64,000 nt of DNA from Eledone cirrhosa (Eukaryota), in assembly GCA_964016885.1 (NCBI GenBank), contig OZ024742.1:280736001-280800000 (forward strand), given 5' to 3'. A model generated the notes under the pieces. The model worked only from the letters and a program-made list of their open reading frames with translations. It was not told the DNA's origin and made no database searches. Position numbers and translations under genes: made by a program. Below, piece by piece: positions 43,504 through 57,564 of this stretch; within the stretch, counting starts at the first letter, position 1, and each line of letters begins with the position of its first letter.

Positions 43504-44098
43504 GTGCGTGTATTTTTCAACCTATAGTGAGTGTTTTCGCGTATGCTTGTGTATGTACGTATATGGATGCGTGTATGTATTTATTTAATTTCAATTACCT
43601 CTGTATTGTATTTACTTTATTCTTAACTCTGAAGCCGAGAATCATTCGGTTTCCAAGTTAGAATTTTAGTCTACGATTCAGTTATACCATTTACTTGTTT
43701 TGTCTTTGCGTGCAATTGTCCTCCACGCTCCACATATGACGTATTATCTTCGTTTTTTCCGTTCATTGCCAGAGAACGTCTCTATGCACCACCTAAGAGA
43801 ATATTAGTCTACGACTTCTTTTATACCATAAACGTGATTTTGTCTTTGCGTGTAATTGTTTTTCTCCGCTCCAAATAATGACGTATTATATTCGTTTTTT
43901 CCCCGTGTTTTGCCAGGGAACGTTTCCACGAATCAAAGTATCGTCTTCCTGTCTTCCCCCGGTTGCATCATGTTTTTGAAATATTCACTTCTACGTTCAC
44001 AGATTGACATTGTTAGTTTCAGAAGAACCCGTTAAGAGTGAAAGCAGCGATTCATTGCTTAAACTTTAATCTGTTATTTTAATAAATAAATAAATATA
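42062..44098 (+). mobile_element. 5'-truncated PLE (same clade as the 17.7 kb element), thumb + GIY-YIG remnants 42062-43072
   Basis: VVNYLDVTLN, SNHP, WFNPPY, NTIKMSYSTTPN, CNCRNWVDCPL, IVYKC, AYIGLTA, ACKH; in-frame stops present. Confidence 0.88.
44015..44065 (+). ncRNA. Hammerhead-like motif at the PLE 3' end (U4>A here; canonical core in the copy at 50609-50657)
   Basis: agttt-CAGAAGA-accc-gttaa-gagt-GAA-agca-gcgattcat-tgcT-T-aaact. Confidence 0.55.
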
Positions 44099-44106
44099 TA
44101 TAATAA

Positions 44107-44400
44107 ACGAAGTATGGTAAGAAACCAGGTGGACCATAACGCACCATTGTACTCTATACTTTGAGTAGTAGAGTGGGTGATAGGAAAAGTGTCAGGACCC
44201 CGACGGCAGTGCTCAAGCTGTTTCGACAGCTATTTCTGTCCAGAAATAGCCGTCGAAATGTTTTCGGAAAACGTTATAACCGAAGGAAAACTAGGAAGAC
44301 GATACTTTGGTTCGTGAAGACGTTCCCTTGCAATGAATGGAAAAAAAGCGATGATAATTACGCCGTTATGTAAAGCGATGAAGACAAAAACGCATTTAGG
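44107..44400 (-). mobile_element. PLE 3' terminus (22.3 kb HHR family) joined to an inverted piece resembling 43850-43980
   Basis: 44107-44240 matches the 10.6/14.9 kb tail and half-HHR; 44262-44335 is the reverse complement of ~43910-43980. Confidence 0.55.
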
Positions 44401-44470
44401 GCATAAATGGAGTCTTTAGACTAATACTATATTTAGAATAACCTAATGAAGATTTACATACACATACATA

Positions 44471-45368
44471 TCTATATATATAAAACTGCGGTTGTCTGTC
44501 TGTCTACTAAAACGGTCGGTACACATCTCCTCCTAAACCGTACGTTCAAATTTCGGTGAAAATGCATAAACTTATAGATGAATATTCGGCGGAGACATCG
44601 GTCAAAAATTTTTCAAAACGACACACGCCAAGTGCAGTGTCGAACTTGTAATGTATTGATTTTTCAGTTCAAATGTATAAATAGAGATGAGAGACGAGTT
44701 ATTTTCCTTTTATGGCGTCATTCTGTCTATCTATTAACTTTACGAATAAACGACGCGTGCAAAAGTATAAAAATACACGAACTTTCGGGCCAGGAAAATT
44801 TTAACCTGCAAAATTCATAAGTTCGAAATTCCAACATTAAGCTTCTATTTTGCTTTATTTTTACTTGAAAACAATATTTTTACTTGAAAACAAGCCTATT
44901 TGAATACACCGTAAAACAAGCAAATATTTTGTAAAAAAAAGCATTCATCTCGAATAAAGCCTTATGAGATTTTTATTGAGAAGCAATGATTTGAAACGAC
45001 AGACAGATAACGCTTTTTTTTTTTTTTTATGTCCATCCAATTTCTTTGTTTCTAAATAACTAATAGTTTGGTTACACTGAAGTTTTTCTCTGAGACAAGT
45101 GTTGCAGTGTTTACATTTTCGATTTTTGTTAATAGATTACCAGTGCACATTTTATTCCCAGCATTCTCTTTTGTTTTAACATTCAGGTTATGGTTATGTT
45201 TTCTTAACTTCATAAGGCATACTGTTGGTTGAGGAAATAATAATCAAAAGTACCACATGATAGTCTACACTGTAGACTCTACAATTTTTAAGCCAAGAAA
45301 GGAACTTAACATTATAACTTTAACACAGCTACTGAGCAGCCCCGAGCAACACCGGGCTTTACTGCTAG
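44471..45368 (+). mobile_element. Non-autonomous Helitron
   Basis: 5' TC start (tctatatatataaaac), 3' hairpin cccg-agcaacac-cggg ~10 nt upstream of CTAG, inserted between A and T. Confidence 0.65.
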
Positions 45369-45388
45369 TATATATATACATATATACT

Positions 45389-45480
<92 letters not shown>

Positions 45481-45654
45481 TATATACATATATATATACA
45501 TATATACATATATACATACCTACATACCTACACCTACATACGCATATACATACAATACACTCATGTACATACATATATATACACACACATACATATACCC
45601 ATATATACACGTGCATACACGTGCATACGCGTATACGCACACCATACATACATG

Positions 45655-45698
<44 letters not shown>

Positions 45699-45945
45699 TG
45701 CCTGTGTAGGTGGGTGCGGACATTGTAACTTCCCCGAACACTCACAACACACACACAGTCACAGCACGTCTTGGGTGAAAGAGAGTAAGAAAGAAACGTA
45801 AGGTTGAGGAAGGGAGTTAAACTTTGTAAAGAATAAATAAATGGAAGTTAAAGTTATCGAACGCTGCTATCATTTTCCCCCTCCCCAATCACCCATCACT
45901 CTCTTTCTTTCTTAACCACTCTCTTTCTTTCTTCACCACTCTCTC

Positions 45946-45983
<38 letters not shown>

Positions 45984-46003
45984 TCTCTATCTCTGTATCA
46001 CTT

Positions 46004-46047
<44 letters not shown>

Positions 46048-46109
46048 TGTGTGCCTATATATATGCATGTGTGTGTATGTTTGCGCGCGCGTGCGTGTGT
46101 GTGTGTGTA

Positions 46110-46140
<31 letters not shown>

Positions 46141-46866
46141 CATAAAACATGTCTATAGAATCACAAAATAAAATATATACTATTTCCTCTCCCAATTAGC
46201 ATAATTAACTATATAAAAAATCGAATAGACCAGGCTATACGAATGAGGCTTCTATGAAGGAATCTCCGACAAATAACCAAAACTAGCGCTTCGCCTCGGC
46301 CGTAGCGGAATATTTATCGAATATTTCGACAGCGTAATCGCCTAGATATAGTCAAGTAAACAGAAATAGGTTTAAAATAAACTAGGAGAAAATAGAATAC
46401 ATTTAAATACCTCTACCATAGTTTCGTCCGTGTTTTGAGTTTTCCAATAATTATGTAATAATTATATAAACTCGAGCGCCGGATTCTTCAGGAAGCTCGC
46501 TCATACCTAGACATTAAATTTTCCAAAGCGATCGCGCCGAGAATTCATTTCAAAATGGCTAAAAATCGTGACGTAGTCGCGGTCAAGTTGGAAGGGGCGT
46601 GGTAGTTGCTTACGACTGGTGGCATTTTTGCTAGAAAGCACAGCACGATACAGCCAAATTTGTATCTCAACCTAGTGGGAGATTATTACATATAAAAGTT
46701 TACATCTATATATATACATACACATACTTATATGTGTTTTGCAACTGGTCACTTTGTGGCTCAATGAAAAATTAATAAATTAAACAATCAGAGCTATATA
46801 TCAAAAAACATGTCTATAGAATCACAAGATAAAATATATACTATTTCCTCTCCCAATTAGCATAAT

Positions 46867-46872
<6 letters not shown>
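46141..46872 (-). mobile_element. Uninterrupted retrozyme-like element (661-bp unit + 70-bp terminal redundancy) in (TA)n
   Basis: 46141-46211 is repeated at 46802-46872. Contains an HHR; no ORF. Confidence 0.8.
46410..46495 (-). ncRNA. Type I hammerhead ribozyme
   Basis: Minus: cttc-CTGAAGA-a-tccg...gagttt...aaactc...cgga-c-GAAA-ctatgg-TA-gagg. Confidence 0.78.
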
Positions 46873-46940
<68 letters not shown>

Positions 46941-46986
46941 ATTGTTTTAGTCGATCCACATGTCGTTTATCAAGGAAGAAATTCTT

Positions 46987-47027
<41 letters not shown>

Positions 47028-47194
47028 CTTCTGGGGTCGTTTCACTTAGCAGTCATCACATCATAAAATAAAAGGAGTTTGAAAAGTCTTCCTTTATCTA
47101 TTCTATGTTGTAGTAATGAGTTTAATTATAGTGAATTTATAAAATTCAATTTGTTCATTTAATCTATATAATGTAATTTGTACAAATCTCATAT

Positions 47195-47291
47195 ACGTGT
47201 CCCCAAAAATGCATACACATTTTGATTACTTGTACAATAAATATTTTTTAGAATGCCGTTGATGTGTGTATACAGTTTTGAGGACACCCTG
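47195..47291. mobile_element. Tiny Tc1/mariner-type MITE remnant
   Basis: Imperfect TIRs gtgtccccaaaaatgcatacaca / tgtgtatacagttttgaggacac. Confidence 0.4.
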
Positions 47292-47384
47292 AATATATAT
47301 ATATACTAGAACTGTTTTATTCGAATGAAACAGTTCTTGTCCTGTAGAAGCCATTTCTATATTAAACATTATATACTATCTATG

Positions 47385-47705
47385 TTCTGTCCTATGCCAT
47401 CTTGTTTTTGAAAAACAAGATGGCATAGGACAGAACAAAGGAGAGGCACAAAAGCAAAGAAAAAATCCCCAGTCACTGACGAGGTCACAGAATGTGTGAC
47501 GAAATAACTTTGACAATATATGAACAATCGTCTGGTTGTGGAACCAACCAACCAACCGTAAATTTATAAATTTAATTTATAATAAATTGAAGTGTTACAA
47601 CTGGTGCGTGTGTTTCTTATTGGCAACATGACCCTCCCAAAGCATAACAATATCGGTTTCAACACAAGTTTTGAGATAAATAATCTTACTAAACAAATTC
47701 AGAAA

Positions 47706-47708
<3 letters not shown>
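47385..47708 (+). mobile_element. Solo PLE pLTR (35-37 kb family) with HHR at 47471-47514 and a short 5' inversion
   Basis: gtca-CTGACGA-ggtcacagaatgtgtgac-GAAA-taac-TT-tgac. tgttctgtcctatgccatcttg is mirrored at the 5' end. Confidence 0.7.
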
Positions 47709-47764
<56 letters not shown>

Positions 47765-47817
47765 CATGTGTGTGTGTGCGTGCGTGTGTGTGTGTGTGTG
47801 TATGTGTGTGTGTGTGT

Positions 47818-47849
<32 letters not shown>

Positions 47850-49044
47850 GTGTGTATGTATGTATGCGTGTGTGTGTGTGTGTGTATGTGCGTGTATGTG
47901 TGTGTATGTGTATGTGTGTGTGTGTGTGCTTGTGTGTGCGTGTGTGCGTGTGTGCGGTTATCTCTAAGAACCCTGTTGGCTTCTTAAAGATAAACTTTGT
48001 GAATCTTTTTTTAAATAAAAGTGCCTTGAAATTCGCAAACAAAAGAAAAGCTTACTTAAATTATATATATGGTTTCACGAGTATGAATTGGTACATTCGT
48101 CAGATTAAATTCTGTCTATTATTCTATCTGGCAGTTTGCATCTGGAGTTCACATCCCGCCGACATCAACATTACATTTTCTTCCATTATTTTGACTTTGT
48201 AAAATGCGATCCTTTCGTTTCTTTATTTTGATATCTCTTCCTTCATTGTGGGATTTGAACTCTGGACGTAGAGAACCGTAAACTACTACCGCAAATAATT
48301 TTGTCTGACTCACTAACGAGATTCTTGATTCAGCGACTATTCTATTAACTATAATATCTTGTTGAAAGGTTTTTTTCTCTTTGTATAACAGGTCAATAGA
48401 TATGAAAATATAGAATAATCGAGAGAAGATGTCTTCTTATATTAGACATTAAGAGTTAAACATATTGGAATCTCATCACTTTCCTAACATACTTGTTTTA
48501 AAGATTTCAATAATTCATACACAATCATAGACATACATACATACAAACAAACACGCACACATACACACACGCGCATACACAAACACACACACACGCACAC
48601 ACACACACTCAAACACACGTACACAAACACTCAAATACACATACATACAGGTAAAGAAAGACATATTCATTACACACAAAAAGTACTGATAAACAAACAG
48701 AAAATAGCGCACACAAAAACATACACACACATCCACTGACACGCAGAGAGTTATTATAACACATAGCCACACACATACAAATTAGTAATAAACGCATGCA
48801 TTATTTCACACACTCAGTAGCATAAACTCAAACAAACAAAGACTTAAAAACAAAATAAACGCACTCACATATAAACTTACAAACTTATATATGTGCATAT
48901 ATATACACATAGTGTTACAAAAGAAAGCTAACACACAAACAGCAACATATGAACACTCATACACTGATACTCACACACGCACACACGCACACATACACAC
49001 ACACACGCACACATACACACACATACACGCACATACACTTGCAT

Positions 49045-49078
<34 letters not shown>

Positions 49079-50324
49079 ATATATACAGGGTTGAGAGAGA
49101 GAGAGAGAAAGGGGTGAGAGAGTTATCGACGCATACGCTTTAATCGATAAAGAAAACCAACACAAAAGATATTGAAGCAAGGCCACAACACACTCACACG
49201 CTCAAACACACACACACGCACACATATATATGTATATATATATATATATGTGTGTGTGTGTGCGCGTGTGACAGATTCGACATTTTCCCCATCAAATATA
49301 GAGATTTTCTCCCCCTCTTTCCCCCTACCCTGTAACCCACAAACCCACTAAAATCCCTTTCACACACCGTCCCTCCGTCCTCATTCTTAAACTTTACAGG
49401 ATAGTAAGATATTGAATTATCGGAAGGATTTGTTGAGCTGTAACGGATTGTGTTTTCTTTTCTTGCTTTGTTTGTTTTCTGAAGTGTAGCAAAGCCGTCA
49501 ACAAGCAGTAGTTGTAGATGATGCCCCGCTCAACTGGGAAAAGAAATAGGCACCTTGGAGATATGAAATCCAACTGACATTCAATGATCTTGTTATGTTA
49601 TATTATATTATACTATAATATATCGAACTGGTTGAAAGAATTCCAAGTATGTTCCAAGAAATTCCAAGCTGTCATTTTAGTAAAAGATGGCTGACTGGTT
49701 AACTTGGCTACTTTTGAAGAAATTTTATGAAAACATAAGACAGTTTTGACGTGTCGACAAATTTGTTGTGTTATTATTTACTGTATTTCGGTTCTTAATA
49801 TCTTTATTGCTATTGTTGTTGTTGATGTATTTGCTATCGTTGCACCTTATTTATATATATATATATATATTTGCTACACTTCAGTTCATAGATAGATATG
49901 CATTATTGCAAAACATTTAATAAGTAAATAAGTAAATAAACGAATGAATAAATAAATATAGGAAGAAATAAAAATGTCATCACCATGACACTCGAAAATG
50001 TAAACAACAAAGTGGTTGGTGTTGTAACCAAGAAACCGACTACTCTAAAGTTATATGGATTAAAACTTTTTTGATGGTTACTGAATAGACATATATAGAT
50101 AAACATTCTCATAGACAGAAAAGTATACATACAGACAAATGCAAATATATACTGGAATATACACAAATACCCATGTGTAACAAACGACAAGCATTTTTGA
50201 ATAAGGTAAGCGACTTTAATGTTATTATTATACAAAATACACACGCGCGCACCTATGTACACACACACATACACCCATATATATGGTTGGGTTTCTATAT
50301 AAAATATATATGTATATATATGTG

Positions 50325-50421
<97 letters not shown>

Positions 50422-50438
50422 GTATATATATATATTTA

Positions 50439-50517
<79 letters not shown>

Positions 50518-50582
50518 ACAATAATAAATTTGAAGACTAGATAAGGATAAATATATATCAAATTTATAAGAACCGTAGAGCA

Positions 50583-50703
50583 AATATTTATTAAAATAAC
50601 AGATTAACGTTTAAGCAAAGAATCGCTGCTTTCACCCTTACCGGGATCTTCAGAAAAGCACCGATTCTTTGCTTAAACTTTAATCTGTTATTTTAATAAA
50701 TAT
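50583..50703 (-). mobile_element. Inverted pLTR fragment with hammerhead at 50609-50657
   Basis: Minus: ttt-CTGAAGA-t-ccc-ggtaa-ggg-t-GAA-agca-gcgattctt-tgcT-T-aaa. Arms 50583-50625 and 50662-50703. Confidence 0.6.
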
Positions 50704-50782
50704 ATATATATAAATAGCTTAGAGTTTAGACTCAGAGAGGTCATTTACAATCATTTCAGCTCTAGGAATCGCTTCTGAGCAG

Positions 50783-51096
50783 TATAAATTAATATTTGAT
50801 GAACATTTACATGTTATAGTTGCAATTGACTAATAAGATCGCTAGAGTGAAAAATCTTAATTCAACAACATAAGGTCTGCCTGTACGATCTAGAAAATAA
50901 TAAATCAATACTCACAGACTCATATGGGTAAAAAGCCTTGGTACCTAAATTTTTTTGCCCATATGAGTCTGTGAGTATTGATTTATTATGTTCTAGATCG
51001 TACAGGCAGACCTTATGTTGTTGAATTAAGATTTTTCACTCTAGCGATCTTATTAGTCAATTGCAACTATAACATGTAAATGTTCATCAAATATTA

Positions 51097-51103
<7 letters not shown>
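50783..51103. repeat. ~150-bp-arm palindrome; a single-arm extended copy lies at 63086-63590
   Basis: tataaattaatatttgatgaac...catatggg is mirrored about ~50943. Confidence 0.85.
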
Positions 51104-51153
<50 letters not shown>

Positions 51154-52199
51154 CTCACAAACACATGTATGTGCACATTGGATATAGTATGTTCAGTGAT
51201 ATTTGTCGATGCTCAATCTAATCCGAATTCAAATCATTCAAAGCTGAAGTTTGTCTTTCATCATTATGGCTTCAAAATATAAAGTATTTAGTAAGGTACT
51301 TAGTCGATTTTGTCTATCTGTGTATGTCTCCGAATGTGTCTGTGTCTGTTTGACTCTTATTCTGTTTTTTTATACCTCTCCTACTAAATCGGCTTCGTTG
51401 CGCTTTATGTATGGTTAGGGAAAGCTAATTAAGTGTCATCATATACGAGGGAAAGCTTATAAAGTGTCATCATATACAATCCTTTCCAATGTTTGCACGG
51501 TATTTGAATGAAGTTTTGATATAAACATTTCCTCAGTAGAGGAAAGATCTTTAAAAGGTTATATCTTCCACGAGAAACAGCCAATTAAGAATTACGATAA
51601 TTTTGAAGAATAGTGTCGTTACGTGGCATACATCGGATGATTAGGCAAATTTGCATACCGAGCGAAGTTTTTTTCCCTCTAACGTGGTGGATACCTAAAT
51701 GTATTGGTGAGGGAATAATAATATTTTTGATATTCTGATCGATTACAAGCAAACAGCGTCATAACAATGTTTGTGTTTTCTAGATGACGATGTTATCCTT
51801 CTGTTCCAGGTGTAGCAAAGAAAAAACAGTCGACAATAGTTTCGGAGTTATTGAACCTTATCGAAACTGCGTATTCTCTCATACGCTATGTATCCATTTG
51901 AGAATACTATGTATAAAACGTCCAGGGTCAACCACACTTCAAGCACTTCGGCTGCTATGCCTTTGTTAATTACATCTTTTAGTTGTTTTGGTATTTTTAC
52001 TCTATTAATAGGGCTTTACTAAATCTTATCGATTCTAATCTATTCGCCCTTTTCAGGGCGGACCATCATGTGTTGTTGATGATTGTGCCCGTCAAAGTGC
52101 GCTTAACTTATTCACTAATCCGATCCATTCAGGCATTGCGCACCGGGGCCCTATCTATGGAGCCGATCTAGATGGTCCAGACCGATCACAAATTTGTTG

Positions 52200-52480
52200 T
52201 CTGTGTAGTCGTCTATTATAAATTGTGGACAACATATGCTCTCCTTGTCTACTTACTTACAGGGCCCCTATCTAGATACGATCTGGATGACCCGAAGCGT
52301 TTAGTCCATATCCACATTGGCATATTCGAGAAATCAAGTTAGTACCAATTAGACTGTTGAAAGCGTATGTGCATTTTTACGTTGTTTCTACACCCTTCTA
52401 CTCTATCCACTAGTCTCACGCGGACCAAGTGTGCAACTAAGATACCGTTCCAGTCACCCACTAACACAACGAAGAAACAA
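52200..52480 (-). mobile_element. Decayed L1/Tx1-like AP-endonuclease fragment
   Basis: VLVGDWN and downstream SSRSYLDR motifs. Confidence 0.4.
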
Positions 52481-52727
52481 TAAATACTTAAATAAATATA
52501 CAATCCATCTAAAACAAAGTGCAAGTGAACGTCAAACCTTGAAAGTGAATGATTCAAACTAAGTATTGTAATAATACAAATAGAAAAGATTTCACCATAT
52601 TTCCTCTATTTACACATAGATTATGATGTAACGAAAAGGAATAATCAGTTACATAGGGAATACTGGGATTTATGGTTGGAAAATAGTTTGAATTCCTTTG
52701 CTGCCATGATAATGCTGTCGACATACA

Positions 52728-52794
<67 letters not shown>

Positions 52795-52926
52795 ATGTGT
52801 GTGTGTGTGTGTGTGTACGTAGACATCGACACCAACACTTGAATATACATACAAATGTGTGGGTGTATGCACAATTATGTATGTATGTATATTTATAAAT
52901 ATACCGATATATAGTCACATACATTT

Positions 52927-52985
<59 letters not shown>

Positions 52986-53130
52986 TCACATATATATGTA
53001 TGCATATATATATATATATACGCTAACATATATATGTATGCAAGAAAGGATGCATGTAGGTATCTATGTATGCACATATGTATACCCATATGAAGATACG
53101 GATATTGTCAGACAGATTGAATATGAGTAT

Positions 53131-53180
<50 letters not shown>

Positions 53181-53639
53181 TGGGAGACAGGGAGATAATA
53201 AAAATGAGAAGAGATAATGTGACTGAATGAGAAAGAAAACCAAGCTATGAACGCCTTCACAGATCTCACTTCCGGAGATTATAACTTAAAACATTAAAAC
53301 AACATACCACTGAATGTTTCCTCAAGACTGAAGATATGAATAAGTTGTGGCAGTATTGTTGACCCTGGTGACGTTGTTAATGTTGTTGATGGTGATGTCG
53401 GTCTTTGAGAGTTTGATATTCAAGTATTAGTTTTAGTGATGTTGGGGTTCATACTAGCGAAGGTGTTAGTGTTGGCCTTCAGGATTTTGGTGATGCTTGT
53501 TATGATAATACCATCAATGGTAGTGATAATTATATACTAATTCTATAAGCACACGGAACGACTACATTAGATTAACGAATATATTCATCCACTCATACAT
53601 CCATAAATCTATTGATACACACATATATACATACATGCA

Positions 53640-54570
53640 TACATAAATACATACACACATACAAATCAAAACATACACATCCACACATACAATAACATAC
53701 ATACCTGCACACACATGTTAGAAATCGACTCTCTAAAGGCAAAATTTGTAAAATTATAAAACCAGAAGAACATACATACATACATATATACATACATCAT
53801 AAGCAGCTGTCCATAGATGTCATCGCGGTACTCTCTACCTATGAGGCATGATGTAGTGGCCAAAACACTGTACAATGCAATGCGTAGAATAGATAACTCT
53901 GATAATAAACACACTAAAATCTACAGCAATGTCGAAGACATACACATACATAATATGAAATAGTAGTGGTGGAATTTTCCAGTAAAATCCCCAATAATAT
54001 GCAGGCATAACAGACCAGATATAATGATATGGGACAAGGAAAAGAAGGCATGCACAATAGTGGAAATTAGCTGCCCAGCAGATGCCAATATGATATCAAA
54101 GATTAGAGAAAGGGAGAATATTTATGCAGAACTAATGAGAAATCTGCAGATACTCCACCCTGATTATACCTTCAGTTTTATGCCTGTGATTATTGGGGCA
54201 CTGGGGTATGTTAGTAACTGCCTCAATAAAAATCCTGAGAAGCTGAGCTTCACAGGAACAGAAAGAACACGACTAGTTAGGAAATTACAAGTACAATCCA
54301 TTAATGGAACAGTAAAAACATGTAAAACATTCCAAAAATGTTGCATCTAATAATTGCACATACACATGTACAGATACAGAGCGTATGCACATGCACACAT
54401 ACAACTCAAAACATACACCTCAACACATACAATAACATCCATATCTACACATGCATACTTATCTACCTAGTTGATGTGTGAATTCCAATGAGAGAGTCTT
54501 GTAACTATGTTAGAAACCGACTCTTTCTCTATTGGCAAACATTTGTGATATTATGAAACCAGAAGAACAT
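53640..54570 (+). mobile_element. RLE-encoding (R4/Dong-like) non-LTR retrotransposon 3' fragments in tandem
   Basis: RHDVVAK...CRHNRPDIMIWDK..IVEISCP..PVIIGALG (PD-(D/E)xK-type nuclease). The 3' UTR ending aaaccagaagaa|(cata)n occurs twice (53770 and 54567). Confidence 0.75.
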
Positions 54571-56101
54571 ACATACATACATACATGCATGATGTTGATG
54601 TCTGCAACTCGATTTCGAGCAATGCCATCGTTTGATACTTAAGCATCAGGGACGAGACTTTTTAGTCCTGTTAGGGATTGCCTATGGGCAACAATATTAT
54701 GAATCACAAAAAATGCCATATATCATGCGATGCCCCAAAAGAAGAACTGGTCTATGTCATTGGTTGCAAATTGACATCGCAGAATTTTTATGAGAGTGAT
54801 CTTCACCTACATACACACAAAGGGACATAGCCCCATACATTTATTTGAGAATGGTCTACACAAATTTATTCCCAACATTGACAAACTTTCAGAAAATAAA
54901 CTATATGCAAGAATTGCCGGCGCTCTTGAGGAAATGCGCTCTTGTAACAATGAGAAGAAGATAGGTAAGTGTAAAAGCCACAGAAAATAGGTTCTTCCAA
55001 CGAGCCAACCATCCAGCCAACCCAACACGCTAGATTGGTATTTTGATATCTTGGTGCAAAATAGGCTTCGGCGTACTCAGAATGTAAGAAACCATAATAA
55101 ATACCAAAATGCATTTTATTAGACGGTCTAACGCTTCTAACAACTTAAATATTAAGACTTACATCATGAAGAATACTATACTCAATTCCTACACTCATAC
55201 CACATTTCCTATCAATAGGTTTGTGTGTGTTAAACTTCATTGATTTGAACGACGATTGTGCCAGTTGTTTTGTCAACGAAATTGTAGGCTTGAGAATTTA
55301 ACGCACATGTGGCTGTCCATTCCAAAGATAATGCATATTTAAGACATTTCTCAGGGAGATTCACAGCGATACAACGTGGAAAAAGTCTGGTCCTTCAAAT
55401 TGCAGGTACAGTTGGTAGTTACCAGCTGACAGGATTCTTTTTTTATGTGCGGCTGAAAATCGTACTCACAAACATGCAACAGATAAAAACCCTTAAACAC
55501 TGACGCACGCATGTCACACAATCAGCCATTCCTTTTTCCAAACATCCATCAGCCTATACATCCATTTATCCTTTCATATATACACACCTACATACATACA
55601 TATATACATATATACATATATACATACATACATACATTCACACATACATACATACATATATACATACATTCATACATATATTCATACATACATACCTACA
55701 CACCTACACACATACATTCATATATATATATACATACGTACATACATACATACATTCATACATAGATTCATATACACATATATATACTTACTGACACAAG
55801 TACATGCAATTATTTAAGACATGGGGGCATTAATCCATTTAAATGAAAAAATATACTGGATATATTTTATTCAGAGTTTTCGCTCTTGCCTTGATACGGT
55901 TGACTTATCCAATGTTTAATGTCCCATCTAAATACGGGTAGAAATTTGATTAATTAAAGTTTTCTAGTACGCCACATTAAATATTTTGGCGCTCGTATCT
56001 AGATTATATACGTACGCACACGCACACACATACATGCACGCACACACACACATACACAGACACACACACACACTCATACACACACATATATATATATATA
56101 T

Positions 56102-56128
56102 AATTGTTGAACCATGGATATATATATG

Positions 56129-56186
<58 letters not shown>

Positions 56187-56222
56187 ATATAATTATATAT
56201 ATATATATGTATATATTTATAG

Positions 56223-56295
<73 letters not shown>

Positions 56296-56429
56296 CATAT
56301 ACATATGTATATACACGTATATATATATATATATATATACACACGTCTATACATACACGTATATATATACACGTATATATACACGTCTATATATACACGT
56401 ATATATATGTGTATGTGTGTATATATATA

Positions 56430-56504
<75 letters not shown>

Positions 56505-56664
56505 GCGTATGTGTGCGCGCGTGTGTGTGTGCGTGTGTGTGTGTGCATCTATATTTGTATTTAAATGACGTATACATACATGTATATATATATTACAAAA
56601 TAATTTACATATATACATGCATACATGCATACATGCACGCAATCACACGCATACCCACACACAT

Positions 56665-56718
<54 letters not shown>

Positions 56719-56878
56719 ATGTGTGTGGGTATGCGTGTGATTGCGTGCATGTATGCATGTATGCATGTATATATGTAAATTATTTTGTAATATATATATA
56801 CATGTATGTATACGTCATTTAAATACAAATATAGATGCACACACACACACGCACACACACACGCGCACACACATACGC

Positions 56879-56963
<85 letters not shown>

Positions 56964-57099
56964 TATATATATACACACATACACATATATAGACGTGTAT
57001 ATATAGACGTGTATATATACGTGTATATATATACGTGTATGTATAGACGTGTGTATATATATATATATATATATATACGTGTATATACATATGTATATG

Positions 57100-57182
<83 letters not shown>

Positions 57183-57216
57183 CTATAAATATATATATAT
57201 ATATATATATAATTAT

Positions 57217-57296
<80 letters not shown>

Positions 57297-57323
57297 CATA
57301 TATATATCCATGGTTCAACAATT
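56102..57323. repeat. ~1.2-kb near-perfect palindrome of compound microsatellite
   Basis: Unique anchors (aattgttgaaccatgg, gcatctatatttgtatttaaatgacg, gcaatcacacgcataccc) are mirrored about a (TA)n centre at ~56690. Confidence 0.85.
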
Positions 57324-57472
57324 TGATTTCCGTGTACAAAATGTGAAGAGTTAGTTCGATGGATTGTAAGTGTAATTCGAGGAACCAAGATAATCATTCG
57401 GTATCATGCTGAGGCTGCTTGGATTAGTTTCATTATGGACTGGGGTATCCTAAATTATTCGTGCGAAATTTC

Positions 57473-57523
<51 letters not shown>

Positions 57524-57532
57524 GTATCTATG

Positions 57533-57564
<32 letters not shown>

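Noticed and set aside
49390-49750. Possible host exon after ctttacAG with a short MADWLTW ORF
   Set aside because: The ORF is only ~20 aa, with no donor or recognisable homology.
50826-50865. ctaataa...gaaa degenerate hammerhead in the palindrome arm
   Set aside because: Multiple core mismatches and weak stems in all three copies.
54600-55400. Possible transposase or host coding remnant
   Set aside because: No recognisable motif in any frame.
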